DNA of 64,000 bases from Lytechinus pictus (lineage: Eukaryota). How positions within the stretch are numbered: the stretch's first letter is position 1; the number at the start of each line of letters is the position of its first letter. The stretch is from positions 38,628,001 to 38,692,000 of the forward strand of contig NC_087245.1 in assembly GCF_037042905.1 (NCBI RefSeq), given 5' to 3'. The notes below the pieces were generated by a model. The model searched no databases. It had not been told where the DNA came from and saw only the letters and a list, made by a program, of their open reading frames with translations. Shown piece after piece: positions 25,920-38,019 of this stretch. A program made the translations under genes and the position numbers.

Positions 25920-28900
25920 GATGGTGGTGGTGATGGTGATGGTGATAATGATGGTGATGATAATGATGATTGATGATTAAGATGATGATGATGATGATGA
26001 TGATGGTGATGATGGTGGTGGTGATGATGATAATGATGATGATGATGATTAAGATGATGGTGGTGGTAAGGATGATGATGATGATTAACAATAAGAAGAT
26101 TGTACATGTTTGGTTACCTTTCCAATAGATCCTCTGAATTTACTCCCTATCTTTTCTTACCCTCCATCTCAGGCTGATCTGGAAAGCATGCGTTCCTTCC
26201 GTTATACTCCTGGCTACGAGCTCTCTTTCACCTTGCTCATCCCAGAACCTCACAACATTCTGGGCCACTGGGATCTAGAGAAGGCTCAGCAAGGTATATA
26301 TATCTCTCAGATACAAAATAATAACTCTTAAAAAAGATTTGAAAAATGTTGCTCCAGAATCCTAACACAAAATGAAACATTAGAATGATTGATTATTTTC
26401 TGCTATTTTTGTACCACAATGTTTGCCAAGAAACAAAATATTTACAAATAAGCATATAAACATTCTTTTCTTTGATGCAGATCGAATGGTCATGATAATG
26501 TTTTTGAAAACGAAATTCACAGTATATTTCTGATTTTTTTCATGGAAAGGTAAGTACATATCAAGATTATCATAAACCGCATGTTCCTGTGAGAAGAGCA
26601 GCAGAAGCAGCAGCAGTAGTACCGTTTTCCTTCAATGCAAACAACTTCTCTCATTATTAAATACAGTTTATTTGGATCCAATGACGAGGAAGCTTGAAGA
26701 GTTTGCCGAGTTCACAGTGGCCTCCCAGGTCCTCTACTACACCGGTCTCTCTGTCAAACCAAAGAAGAAAGATTCGTCCTTCTATTTTCCTCACAGTTCA
26801 TTGCCGCATATCATTACACCAGTGGAAGCCAAGCTAGGTGAGTTTATAATGTTGAGGCAGAGAGGAATGGAGGGTGGGGAGGGGGGGGGGGTTGAGGAGG
26901 GGAGTGAGTTTGTAAAACCAAAGAAGAAAGATTCCCCATTTTGATTTCCTCAGAGTTCATTGCCTCATATTATTAAACCAGTAGGAGTTATACTGGGTGA
27001 GCTATAATGTCGCGAGTACAGAGAAAATGGAGGGTGGGAAAAGGTAGGGGGAGGCATTTGTAAAACTGAAACAAAGATACAGACTCAGGCTTTTGATACA
27101 ACCGTAAATCAGGCTGAAACTCATTGTAGATTTCTGATTGGTATGCATCTCGTTATGAGCATGCATAGACGGGATCAGTACTTAGGTATGTTATCGTAGG
27201 GTACATCATCGCCCAAAGTGAGAGAGCTGACCAACATTCCATGTACGAGTTCATGAAAAGCTGCCAAATTCATGGGCCCTTTTTTCAAATTTTTTGTATT
27301 GATGATGTCATATTGCTTACATCTATTCCATTCTTATAATTTGTCTGAATTATAATTTGTAGGTCTTTTTACTCATGGATTTTATGATGACATGTGTTAT
27401 ACATGTTTTACATATTGCTAGTTCTTATGAAATTCTGAAAATTGATTTCTGCCGGATGAAAGTAATTAAATTGAATTTGATCCCCTTTTTAATTACCAAA
27501 ACCTCTTCAGTTTTGCCAGCCCTACCAGTTGTTAACCTTCAATTTATTTGAAATCAATTCATTCTCAATAGGATCACATGTGACCAACTTTCCCAATCTC
27601 AACTTTATAGTCTACATTCCCCCAGTGGACCAGTCTCCTTTGTACATTCACTCCGGTGATGGTAAGAGACAACGTTTTGTTACTTCCACTTGGGGATCCG
27701 GTTTCACAAATAATTGTTATAGTAATAAATGCACAAGTTTACAATCAGCCAATCAGATTGGTGGATTTCAATAGCTTTTAACTGTTATTGCATATTTGTT
27801 ATTATAACAAGTTTTATGAAACAGGCCACTGGTGGTGCACTCCAGTGCATGTTTGCAGTGCTGTATAGTTTGTTACTTGGTCTACACCCAATGTCTGATT
27901 TGACAATAATAATATTAATAATAATGACAATATTAACAATGATAATAATAGTAAATGCAGCATTTAGAGGGCTCATCAATCTTGTATTATATCGACAAAC
28001 ACAATTCATAGCCAATATTTGAAATATTAGTACTCACAAAAAAATTTGAATGAATGTATTGTCTTCTTACACAATCTGTTGGGACAAACAATGTGTTGGT
28101 AGACATGTATGAGGTATAAAAAAATATGAGAGGTCAGAGAGTCTTGAATGTTGAAAACATCATATCGCATTGTGTGAAGGAAACCCGGTGAGTACCAATG
28201 CTTTCCTGAGCTACATTTGGCATACTATTACTCATTAAAATTTTCAAATCAATGATTTGTCTGTTGACACAATTGGTGATTTCAAGTCCGGTGTTGGCCT
28301 TGGTGTTGAAATTTGGATTGCTTCCCCTTGCTCCAAAATTTATTCAGAGCTTGTAAAACTGATCCAGATCACATTATTGACAACTCGTCAACTAGTGGTT
28401 GACTTTTCGGGACCATCTTCATTTTATGTTTGGTGTTATGATCGTGTAAAAATTGACCTAACACCAACACCAAAAGGTCAACACTGAACTTGAAATCACC
28501 CAATCTGTCTGGAAATTCAATGTGTTGGTAGACATGTATGAGGTATAAAAAGATGAGAGATTAGAGGGTTTTGAAAGTTGAAAACATCTTATTGCATTGT
28601 GTGCAGGAAACCCAGTAAGCACCAACGCATTCCTGAGTCCTAGATGGGGTGGAGTTTTGATCTATAATACACCAATCCCAGATGAGAATGCTACAAGTCC
28701 ACTACGGGTGGAGGTGAAAAGTCAGGTCATCATGCCAGTCTTTTTAGCTCAGATAAGATTGCTTCTTGGAATTCCATCTCCAGATAATGTGAGTAAAGCT
28801 GTATTTAATTTTAATCTGATTCGCAAACCTTTCATCCATTCTGACTTTGGCAGAAACATTACAATTTTTTTTTCCTATTAAAACATTTTGTCTCGATATG

Positions 28901-31900
28901 ATTTTCCTATTTTTGTTCATAAATTTGCTGCACAATCCTACAGGAAATATTGTTTCTTTCATAGATTTTTTGAGAAAAGTCTTCCCTATTTTCCATTTGC
29001 ATGGGTTGGGAAGTTTGAATTGAATTTTGAATAGAATTTATTAACATACTTTATACACTGGACATGAACAATATACAGTGATAAAATAATGTAGTTATAA
29101 TAGAATATTGTATTTTAATACAACAGTAATTTATCAATTAATTTGATTTTTTAAATTGGCATATGATATTATTTGGCAATTCTGTAAATATAAATTGCTC
29201 TCCTATATGTTAGACTTTCCTGAATTATTTAGTCTCCTTAATTAGTCACCTTATTTGTAATGCTCTCTAATTATCATAGAAAACATGTAGTTCATTAAGT
29301 GAAGTGATAATTGAGAAAAGCCAGGGTCAGATTTTTAATCTGCACTTTTTATCTTAGAAGTAGGGTGTTCAAAGATGTCTAGTTCCAACCGTGGTTGCTT
29401 TATTCAGTTATTTGTTGGTAGTAAAATGAAATATCTTTTAAGGCCACCGCACACCTTACGACCCAACTGGTCGGCGACTGGCTTGCGACTGAGTGAGGGG
29501 AGATGTGACGTCACAGCTCTTGTCAGCTTGAGCGTCGCAGACCGGTCAGAGACAAGTCGCAAGGAAAATCGGAAGGATTTGACATGTCGAATCCTTATGA
29601 CTGGATCGCAAGCTCAATCCAACTTCCAGCCAATCAGACAGTAGAGTTGCACGACGCGTATATGATAAACAACGCGCATACGCAGTAGTAAGCACACTTT
29701 CTCAGATAATATGGCAAAAAAGCGCATGCGTGAGTCGCAGATCGGATCGCAAGGTGTGCGGTGTCGAGGCCTATGACTACCTTGTGATTCATCTCCCTCA
29801 CTCAGTCGCAAGCCAGTCGCAGACCAGTCGGGTCGTAAGGTGTGCGGTGGCCTTTAAAGTGAACCCTGAAAAAGAGGTGTTTGAAAGGTGTCCCTTGTAG
29901 AAACTCAAGGCCGGCCCTGTCAAAGAGTTACTATTGATCCAATCATCGTAAATCTATGGAAATCCATCAGTGTCAAAAAAATTTCTAAAAGAAATTTGCA
30001 CAACGTCCTTTGTAAACAAAGGAGAACACACCAAATTGTCAAGAAATCATTGAATTTATGGATATACATTCATATCTAAAAAAGTATTTGAACAATCATG
30101 CATTTTCTATGTTGACTTTGCTGGCTTTCCATAGTTGCGGTTGATTGGATCAATCGCAACTCTTTGTAAGATGGGCCCGCTGATGTTGTAAGTCAATTGA
30201 ACATAAGGCACCTTGTCAAAAGTCAGAGCTACATCTTTCTTGTAGGAATCCTACAAGCAGCTTTCCATTACAAATCATCAGAGTCACCACAGAAAAAACA
30301 ATGGGGACTGCAGGAAAGCTGCAGTGAAAAGGCGCATAGCATCCTTGTAGCGGGGTCCTAGTCTGCTGTGCAAACCCTTCACTGGATTTAAGGGTCTGAA
30401 TGTGCAGCCTACTAATGCCTTGTGTACTGAAGGCCCTCTCGCAGTTTTGTATGTGCTAGTCTTTGCGTGGAGGCACACTTGTTGATCAAAGTTCCAATCA
30501 AGGTCTGTGCCTGCAGACTAGCGGGATCCTGCTCAAAGACGCGACACAGACTTTTCACAAGTTGCCTAATAGAGATTTCAATCAAGATTCTACAATAGGC
30601 CACCTTGAAAAAAACTAGTCTTAATTTTCTGTTTTCATTTATTTTACAGATTGAATCTGTACTAATGGAGGAACCCAAGGAGCAATCCATCTTGGATTGG
30701 GTGAGTTGCGAAGCCATGTGTTTAAATTGCCGTTTGCAGTTTGGTTCAATTCCCAAATTGTCAACATCATTGTCAATGTTTGTTGAACATCCCCCAGCAA
30801 TATCAGTAGTTTTTATATCCAAAGAGGGATGGGCAAAGAAACATTATCCCGATCCCAAATAAAAGTGGACTTTTCATAAATGAAAAGTATACACAATTCA
30901 ACAGAATTTTAGGAATTCAAGTGTCATACATCTTTCACGTTTTGACACATAATATATAGAAATTTCAAATACCGAGTCAAGAATTTTCACCTTCTTTGGT
31001 GTCTCTTTCTTGGTGTGGTAGAAGTTTGTTAACCTGTTGGCTACTGAAACTGAGTAGTCCCCGTGCAAAGTCAATGGGAAAACAGAATTTAGTAGTTTAC
31101 AGGTTAAGATCAATGCTGGTACTATGAACACACACTGCTACATTGACCCTTAATCATTGATTTTTTTTTCTTTCCCAGGAATATGATAGTCTTCTGAGAA
31201 GGCACTGCATCGAAAACCTAGCCTCAGCTTCAGCCTCACTGTTTTCTCTCTCCCAACTTCTTGAGAAAATAAGCAATATAGTGATCAATGATGACATAGC
31301 AAAACAAGTAGGTCTCATTTGTTACTGAATGTTCATGAATTGATTCATTTCTTTTTTGATACCTGTGAAATTAGCAATAAGTTTTAAATTCCATTTTTCC
31401 ATATTATATTGAAAACCCCTGCAAATTTGATATGACACAATTCAATTTTATTTTTGTTGACATGCCAGGCTGCATGTAAATCTAATTTATTGAAAGATAG
31501 GAATATATTTCAAAGACTTTAAGAAAGTTTTAAACAAGGCTTTGTAAATAATCAAAATCACCTGACTGAGTCATGTTAAGCATCATTTATCTAGCAAAAG
31601 TCCCTCTAAGTTCAAAGAAAATTTTGGGTATTTACACTCAAACACCACTGCAAAGAACTAGCTACTGTAGGGTCAAAATCATTCTGTGATACATTTAGAC
31701 GAATCAGACTACATTATTGATGTATTGTTAATGACTTTGGGTCTAACGTGACAAGGGCTCTTGTCTGATAATACTGTTTTTGTACCAGTACAGGGCAATT
31801 CCATAAAACATTCAACTTTTTATATATCCGACTCCGATTTTCCTCCCTTCTTACTTCACTTTTTTAAGCCATGATCATTTGAAACCATATCAATTTTTCA

Positions 31901-33309
31901 TAAGAACTAGAAATAAAAGAGACATATCATTCCAGGAAGATCAAACATATAGGGGGTTTGGTGTACATATTTCCCGGCATTACACTGGAGTACATGTACA
32001 CAATGACCATAGGAAGTAGCCTGTGTAAACCACCAAATTGATAAGGCTTTAATAAATCTCTTGTTACAGGTTTACACAGCTGTTGAGAGTATACAAAGTG
32101 GTCACCGCTTCCTGGCGGAGGGTAAGCTTCACCCTGCTTTCCATGCATCAAAGAGGGCGCTAATAGCTTCGGAAAAAGCTTTCTTTGACCCTTCGCTTCT
32201 TCAGCTTCTTTACTTTCCAGATGATCAAAAGTAAGTTTGATACATTTTCTTACAGGAATCAATTAACCTTTTCAAAGTGTAAAAATTTTCTTCTGACAAT
32301 GTGAGAGGTATTCAGCATCTTGTCATTGTGTATGATAAATAACACTTGTACCTTATGGGCACTAGTATTCAACCCGGCACAATTCAAAGATTTTGAAAAA
32401 GGGAATTTATCTTAATTTCATACCTTTGTTATTTCCAGGGTAATCTGTTGTCGGTATTTTCTTTATCAATCAGTCGACTGTATGCACGGAGGATCAACTT
32501 ATGCGGCGATGACCTTTTGCACTGAATTGCACTAGTATTCAACCTAGTGATGATAGATAACGAATCTCAAAATGGTTTAGATTGCTAAACTAGATCTAGA
32601 TCTATATAAGTCTCTGGCTTTTACTAATTCCCTGTTTGGTCTCATCTCAAATGGTCTAGTCCATAGTCGGATGGGACAAGGGCAGATTGAGAGACGGCCA
32701 TCTTTCATCGCTAGGTTGGATACTAGTGTTGGTAGGTAAAATACTAGTGCAAAAATCCATCGCCACATTATTCCATTGCACGCACAGATTGATAAAAACA
32801 ATACTGGCAACAGACAACCCTGAATTTCCTCTCGGAAATGAGAATAAGGTCTGAAATTAAGGTAGATTCCCTATTTCTACATATATATTTGAGGAAGTTC
32901 TCCAAACGGGTTGAGTACTAGTGCATGTACCGTACTTATTTTTCTCTCTTCTTTTCTCTATTCCCCCCTCTCCCCTCCCCCTTCTTTCTATTCCCTGCCC
33001 CTCTTTCTATCTCCTTCCCAACTCTCTAGACTCTTTCCTTTCTCTCTTCACTCTTTCTCCCTTTTCATCTCCTCCCCTTCTTTTTTTTCTCTCCATCTTT
33101 CTGTCTCCTCCCTCTTTTCATATCTCCCTCTCTTACTCCTCTCTGTTTTATCTCACACACTTACACTTGTATGTATTCTCTCTTTTCTGTCTTACAGATT
33201 TGCAATCTACATTCCTCTGTTCTTGCCTGTCAGTATACCAGTGGTCCTGTCCCTCATCAAGGCCGTACAATGGATCAAACAACAAAGAAAAAAAGACAAA
33301 GTCGACTGA
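16903..33309 (+). CDS. PIGS: GPI transamidase component PIG-S, complete
   Basis: 14 phase-compatible GT-AG exons: 16903-16939, 21620-21759, 22458-22563, 23591-23692, 24516-24656, 25085-25200, 26173-26293, 26667-26837, 27572-27661, 28607-28788, 30650-30700, 31179-31307, 32070-32230, 33198-33309 = 1659 nt (552 aa + stop). Hallmark motifs [80 protein letters not shown]-terminal KDKVD (KxKxx ER-retrieval type). Confidence 0.95.
17195..18118. repeat. Polypyrimidine low-complexity tract
   Basis: About 0.9 kb almost entirely C/T. Confidence 0.9.
18689..19657. mobile_element. Non-autonomous element with internal degenerate tandem repeats
   Basis: CAGTGGC...GCTAGTG ends; repeated gcttgccaaa-ttttacgcaggacaaaatgaccttc units with poly-G runs. 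Confidence 0.5.
21620..21759 (+). CDS. PIGS: PIGS exon 2 (TM1)
   Basis: [18 protein letters not shown]. Confidence 0.93.
22458..22563 (+). CDS. PIGS: PIGS exon 3
   Basis: [14 protein letters not shown]..., CAG/GTAAGT bounded, phase fits. Confidence 0.8.
23591..23692 (+). CDS. PIGS: PIGS exon 4
   Basis: [33 protein letters not shown], phase fits. Confidence 0.8.
24516..24656 (+). CDS. PIGS: PIGS exon 5
   Basis: [22 protein letters not shown]...[10 protein letters not shown]. Confidence 0.85.
25085..25200 (+). CDS. PIGS: PIGS exon 6
   Basis: [24 protein letters not shown]...HTV, phase 1 to 0. Confidence 0.78.
25718..26088. repeat. (GAT/GGT)n microsatellite
   Basis: Direct trinucleotide repeat. 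Confidence 0.95.
26173..26293 (+). CDS. PIGS: PIGS exon 7
   Basis: [23 protein letters not shown]. Confidence 0.9.
26667..26837 (+). CDS. PIGS: PIGS exon 8
   Basis: [10 protein letters not shown]...[13 protein letters not shown]. Confidence 0.92.
27572..27661 (+). CDS. PIGS: PIGS exon 9
   Basis: [19 protein letters not shown]. Confidence 0.92.
28274..28500. mobile_element. MITE, ~225 bp
   Basis: TIR GGTGATTTCAAGT...ACTTGAAATCACC. Confidence 0.7.
28607..28788 (+). CDS. PIGS: PIGS exon 10
   Basis: [16 protein letters not shown]...[10 protein letters not shown]. Confidence 0.93.
29442..29852. mobile_element. MITE with ~65-bp TIR
   Basis: GGCCACCGCACACCTTACGACCC...GGGTCGTAAGGTGTGCGGTGGCC. 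Confidence 0.85.
29909..30178. mobile_element. MITE, ~270 bp
   Basis: CAAAGAGTTAC-ATTGATCCAATC / GATTGGATCAATCGCAACTCTTTG arms; inverted partial relative at about 22120-22363. Confidence 0.65.
30650..30700 (+). CDS. PIGS: PIGS exon 11
   Basis: [26 protein letters not shown] bounded. Confidence 0.8.
31179..31307 (+). CDS. PIGS: PIGS exon 12
   Basis: [43 protein letters not shown]. Confidence 0.92.
32070..32230 (+). CDS. PIGS: PIGS exon 13
   Basis: [21 protein letters not shown]. Confidence 0.94.
32400..32872. mobile_element. MITE, ~470 bp
   Basis: AGGGAATTTATCTTAATTTCA...CAGGGTAATCTGTTG versus CAACAGACAACCCTG...TGAAATTAAGGTAGATTCCCT. Confidence 0.6.
33198..33309 (+). CDS. PIGS: PIGS exon 14 (TM2, stop)
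   Basis: [19 protein letters not shown]...KKDKVD*. Confidence 0.94.
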
Positions 33310-33938
33310 AGATCAAAGTGATGACTATTTGAAATTTGAGTTAATTATGTGTGCAAAGTTATCAATGATTTGACTTTTTCTGTGAAACTCCTGAGTGAAT
33401 TGTCACAAGGGTATGTTCGTGGCTTCAGGGGCCCTTAACACAAAGCTTAGCAATCATCGTAGAACATTTTGTTGCGATCGATTGCATTGATTACAATGTA
33501 CAATCAATCACGAATATCAAGTATACAATTAATCACTAACCTTTGTGTTAAAGGACCCAGGTCAGGCTTAGGTGGCCATGCGCATGTTATTTAACACATG
33601 GTTTCATTGGTGGATGTGCAGTAATGCGTGTCCCTTGTGCAAGATCTGACCAATGGGGTGTTGCGTTACATACCACACTCATCTGGGAATTCAAGTGCAA
33701 TTCTTTTTTCATGCTAAATCTTAATGACCCCTCCCCGCTGTTACTGCATGTTACGAGATCAAGATGAGTTTGATTCTGTGTACTTTTTTAAAGACAAATA
33801 TACAATTATAAATGCAGACCTACAAAAGAAGTAAATCGGTGAGTGACAACAGTGTTCTGTAAACTTCCCACAGTACATTGTATTGTAGAGAAATAAGATG
33901 AAAACACAACATACAGTTTTGTATACAGTGATAAGGAA

Positions 33939-34065
33939 GCGCGATAGCTCAGTTGGTCAGGTGGTGATCTCATAAAAGTCAGTGCACTGGAGCCCTTTGA
34001 TAAGGCATTTGAGCTTGTGTCCCTTGGAGAGGACTTTAAGCCATCAGTCCTCTGGTTGATTGCAG
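33939..34065 (+). mobile_element. Degenerate tRNA-derived SINE fragment
   Basis: A-box TAGCTCAGTTGG then SINE-like body (ccctttgataaggcattt...aggactttaagcc); B box not evident. Confidence 0.4.
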
Positions 34066-34096
34066 TCGTTTCACAGGATATTTGATAATGATCATT

Positions 34097-34124
34097 ATTA
34101 AATCATCGCAGTGATAGTAATAAA
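34097..34124 (+). terminator. Candidate PIGS polyadenylation signals
   Basis: ATTAAA at 34097 and AATAAA at 34119 are the first canonical hexamers I found after the stop codon. Confidence 0.3.
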
Positions 34125-34200
34125 TGAATCCCAAACTATTAAGTAAAGTGCTAATGTATTCCTGCCAAAACTCACCCCCCCCCCTCCTGAATATTCATAT

Positions 34201-35127
34201 TCATTCACTTGAGCACACTGGATTGTACTCCTTGACCTTCTCTTCGATCAGCCTCGTCTTCTTCATGGTGTCCTTGTAGGATTTAATTCTTCTGTTATAA
34301 AGACATTCATGATCCCTGTACCATTCTGCTATTTCTACTTCCTGCTCTTCAGTGAGTGTGTCTGCAATAACTTGTTTCTTTCGCCTCTTTGAGTTGGACA
34401 TCTTGGTTTTTTTTTTCTCCTTCTTCATTTTGATAGCCGGGGTAGAATCCGGAGAATGAAGATGGGTGAATTCATTCTTCTCCTGAACTGGCTCGTCAAA
34501 CAGGCCCTGTTGTTCAGTTTCAGCTTGAACCTGATCTTGTTTGGGGTCTTGTTCTTTGAACTGGCTCGTCAAACAGGCCCTGTTGTTCAGTTTCAGCTTG
34601 GATCTGATCTTGTTTGGGGTCTTGTTCTTTGAACTGGCTCGTCAAACAGGCCCTGTTGTTCAGTTTCAGCTTGGACCTGATCTTGTTTGGGGTCTTGTTC
34701 TTTGAACTGGCTCGTCAAACAGGCCCTGTTGTTCAGTTTCAGCTGGGACCTGATCTTGTATGGGGTCTTGTTCTTTGAACTGGCTCGTCAAACAGGCCCT
34801 GTTGTTCAGTTTCAACTTGGACCTGATCTTGTATGGGGTCTTGTTCTTTGAACTGGCTCGTCAAACAGGCCCTGTTGTTCAGTTTCAGCTTGGACCTGAT
34901 CTTGTTTGGGGTCTTGTTCTTTGAACTGGCTCGTCAAACAGGTCCTGTTGTTCAGTTTCAGCTTGGACCTGATCTTGTATGGGGTCTTGTTCCTCGAACT
35001 GGCTCTGTGAATCATGGGTCTTTTTCACCATTTCCATAGTCTCTTCTTGCACCTCTTCTGCTACTTTATCTTTTTCTGGTCTTTTCCTCCCAAATTGTCC
35101 ACCTCTCTTGAATTTCTTTAGCCGAGG
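34201..35127 (-). pseudogene. MADF-like DNA-binding protein fragment (transposon accessory gene) interrupted by a 73-bp array
   Basis: LTEEQEVEIAEWYRDHECLYNRRIKSYKD resembles the MADF/trihelix N-terminus; ORFs 34885-35199 and 34201-34572 share a frame. Confidence 0.6.
34485..35005. repeat. 73-bp tandem repeat, 7 full copies plus a partial copy
   Basis: GAACTGGCTC starts at 34485, 34558, 34631, 34704, 34777, 34850, 34923, 34996. Confidence 0.95.
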
Positions 35128-35381
35128 CATATTTTTTGCCTTGTTTCTTTTGGTAATGCAATGGCAATGGCCTATTTTAAGTGTATGTACTGTACACATG
35201 TGTGTGAGGCAGATAAATGTGTTCTCACCTGAAAATACGTATGAAAAATGTAAATCACTGCATATTTATAAAACAGCTGACATGGCACAATGTGCTTGCA
35301 ATGCATTCTGAATAAGCTCATACGAAACTCGTAAGTCGTCGTGCTCGATCTAAACTCGCGCTAATCTCGTGGGCACCTCTG

Positions 35382-35507
35382 CTTGAGGCGCAACACACTC
35401 GCAGTGCTTGTATCTCACTCCTATGGCATGTGTTACTCTTCTCACAACCCTGGAAACTGTAGCAATGCTACAACCATGAATAGTTGCAACGCTATCCAGT
35501 ACACTTC
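35382..35507 (-). mobile_element. Harbinger/PIF (HARBI1-like) transposase HTH fragment
   Basis: Translates GSVLDSVATIHGCSIATVSRVVRRVTHAI. Confidence 0.65.
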
Positions 35508-36700
35508 CAAAAAATACCTTCAAATTATACCTTCTGAACTAAACCAAAAGAAATACATATGAAAAAATACTTGTTAAACGAAACATCCACCGCCCCAATG
35601 GGCACTTTGTTCCCATTTACATAGAAACATTGAAATCAAATTTAATCCTTGTAACCTTCAACAGGGTACAAGACCACTATCTTTGTGACTGGTCTCCGAT
35701 ATTCATTATTCTTTGTCTTTACTTTAACGTTCCTTATCTTGTTGTCTGACCCTGGTTGGACGTTAACTATCTTACCTAGGGTCCATTTTCCGCGAATGGA
35801 ATTAGGATCTGACAACAAAACAATATCACCAACGCGAATGTTGCGTTTCTCCACATTCCACTTCCTTCGTGGAACAAGTAGAGGATATACGTCTCGGTTC
35901 CAGGCCTTCCAGAAAGAGTTTATGATTCTCTGTACAAATTCAATTCGATGCCTCGGATTAGGCGTTTCCCGGAATGGTCCTTGTGGAACTGATGTAGATG
36001 GGCATCCTAACAACATGTCATTGGGCGAAAGATAGGAACCGTCGTCTGGATCATTGGGCACTCTGCCAATAGGGCGCTGATTCACTAGATTTGCGACTTC
36101 AGTCAAACAGGTAAGTAGCTCAAAGGGACGAAGGATCTGATCTCCTATCGCTTTGCGTAGCGCTATCTTGCAACTCTTTACTAGGGATTCGACGCACCCA
36201 TTCTGATGTGGCGCAGATGGTGTCACAAACTTCCATTGGATTCCTCGTTCGGCACAAAACTCTCTTAGCTGAGATTCACTCCAGCCTTGTACCATAGCTC
36301 GAAGCTCCTTCTCAGCTCCCACAAACTGAGAACCATTGTCACTGTAGATGACTGCTGGGTAAACTCTGACTGCTACAAATCTGCGAAATACTTGAAGAAA
36401 CTCCATTGTTGAGCAGTCGACAGCGACATCTAGATACACTGCCCTCGTATTCAAGCACGTGAAGATCACACCGTAATGCTTTCTTGTTTTGTCGGCGGTG
36501 TGCATGGTGCTAGACGATGACTAGGAAGATCTGCCATAAACTGGGATTCTACTCTGATTTTCTGATTTCCTGCACACCACACATTTGTACTTCACAGTCT
36601 TGGCGATCCTCTGAACTCCCACAATCCAGTTCTTCTGTCTCACTTTTGCGGCGGTGGTTGCTACCCCTTCGTGACCTTGCTCATGAAAGTGAGTAAAGTA
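35508..36700 (-). mobile_element. BEL/Pao LTR retrotransposon 3' fragment: integrase, polypurine tract and start of 3' LTR
   Basis: HHCC (HEQGHEG...CVVC), YGVIFTCLNTRAVYLD, SDNGSQFVGA, APHQNGCVESLVK, C-terminal RPVTKIVVL; GGGGCGGTGGA followed by TGT at about 35596-35583. Confidence 0.9.
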
Positions 36701-37318
36701 TGAGTTAAACAAGATCCATTTATGTAATGTACAAATGTGAAAATTTGGAACGGAAAGTGTACGAGTCAAGTGAAAGTTAAACGCATGTATAAAGCGCCCA
36801 TTGCAAGCGGCTAGGTTCAATGCTTGTATTTTCTTTTTAGTGCGGTAATGGTAAAGGATTAAAAGACCGAAAGTCAAAAAGTTATAAGATACACTTTCTA
36901 TTCTGAATCTGCACATTTAGTTTATGAAACTAAGGGTTATGATATATGTAAAATGATAAACAGAAGCAAGATAATGTATTTGTTTTAAACTAGTCAGCTC
37001 TGTAAATTATAAACAGACAGGCACAAAAAGTAATTTGTTTTTTAACAGAAAATGAGATGAACATTTTCAGGCATTGTTTTAGATGAAGAGTATGCATGAG
37101 AATAACAAACAAAATTCCCATGCTTAGTAAAAATAGTGAGATTACAGTTTAAAAGCAAGAGTCAATATTAATATTGAAGATAACACATGTGTGTTCTTGC
37201 TCAATATCTAGGTTTAGAATTTGTGAGAAATACACTTTTTGAATTAGTTGATTTTTTAATAACAGATATCCAGTACACTTCCAACTGATTGATGGGGACT
37301 TCTTCACAATTCTGTACT

Positions 37319-38010
37319 GACTACCACAGATCGTTGTAAAACTCATGAGTGTTAGGAACAGGATTCTTCGCCCTCACAGAATTGAACAAGATTTCGAGAC
37401 AGTCCTGTGTCGGGCAACTGGTATTAAAGGACAATTTTATGTCCCTGACTCAGCAGTTCCTCCACAATGGACATGATCGACTGTGTTGACATGATTACAC
37501 CAGTCTGTACAGGCTTCCAGTGACCCTTCCATCCAATCTTTATCTTCCTGAAAAGGGTCACTGCCTCAGGAATTCTAGAGCTCCATTGTACTTCTCCAGA
37601 TTGGCAAGCATTAGAGCCATTGCTGGTTTCCTGCTCGCTGATATCCAGTCGCTCCTATTGCAAAGCACTTTCCCCATTTCTTACATTTCCTCCTCCCCCT
37701 CCCAGCCATATCTAACTGATCTTGTGAGAAGATCTCTCTCTCTCCAACTTCTATTTTGAAGAATCAATTTTCAATTTCAGCTTTCAGTTTTCTTTGGGCA
37801 CGCCATGCAGCACCCTCTCAAGTTTCTTCATCTTTGCCTTGCCCAACAACCTCCTTTTGAATGATTTACCAATATACCACTCGTCTTCGAAACCTCTTCC
37901 TTTTCACCTTGTGTAGAACATACTTTTTCCTGATGCCAGGGAGGGGACATGATGCTGATTGATAATTTCTCCCCTTTTTGATGGCTCTGTAAGTTATTTT
38001 GCATGCACAT
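37319..38010 (-). mobile_element. P-element/THAP9-like transposase, internally deleted fragment (unit 0)
   Basis: N-terminal IFSQDQLD...KW...GATGY joined to WKPVQTG...QDCLE catalytic segment. Confidence 0.7.
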
Positions 38011-38019
38011 TTTTTAAGT

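Noticed and set aside
25551..26107. Poly-His/Ile/Ser ORFs
   Set aside because: Translation of the (GAT)n microsatellite in a PIGS intron
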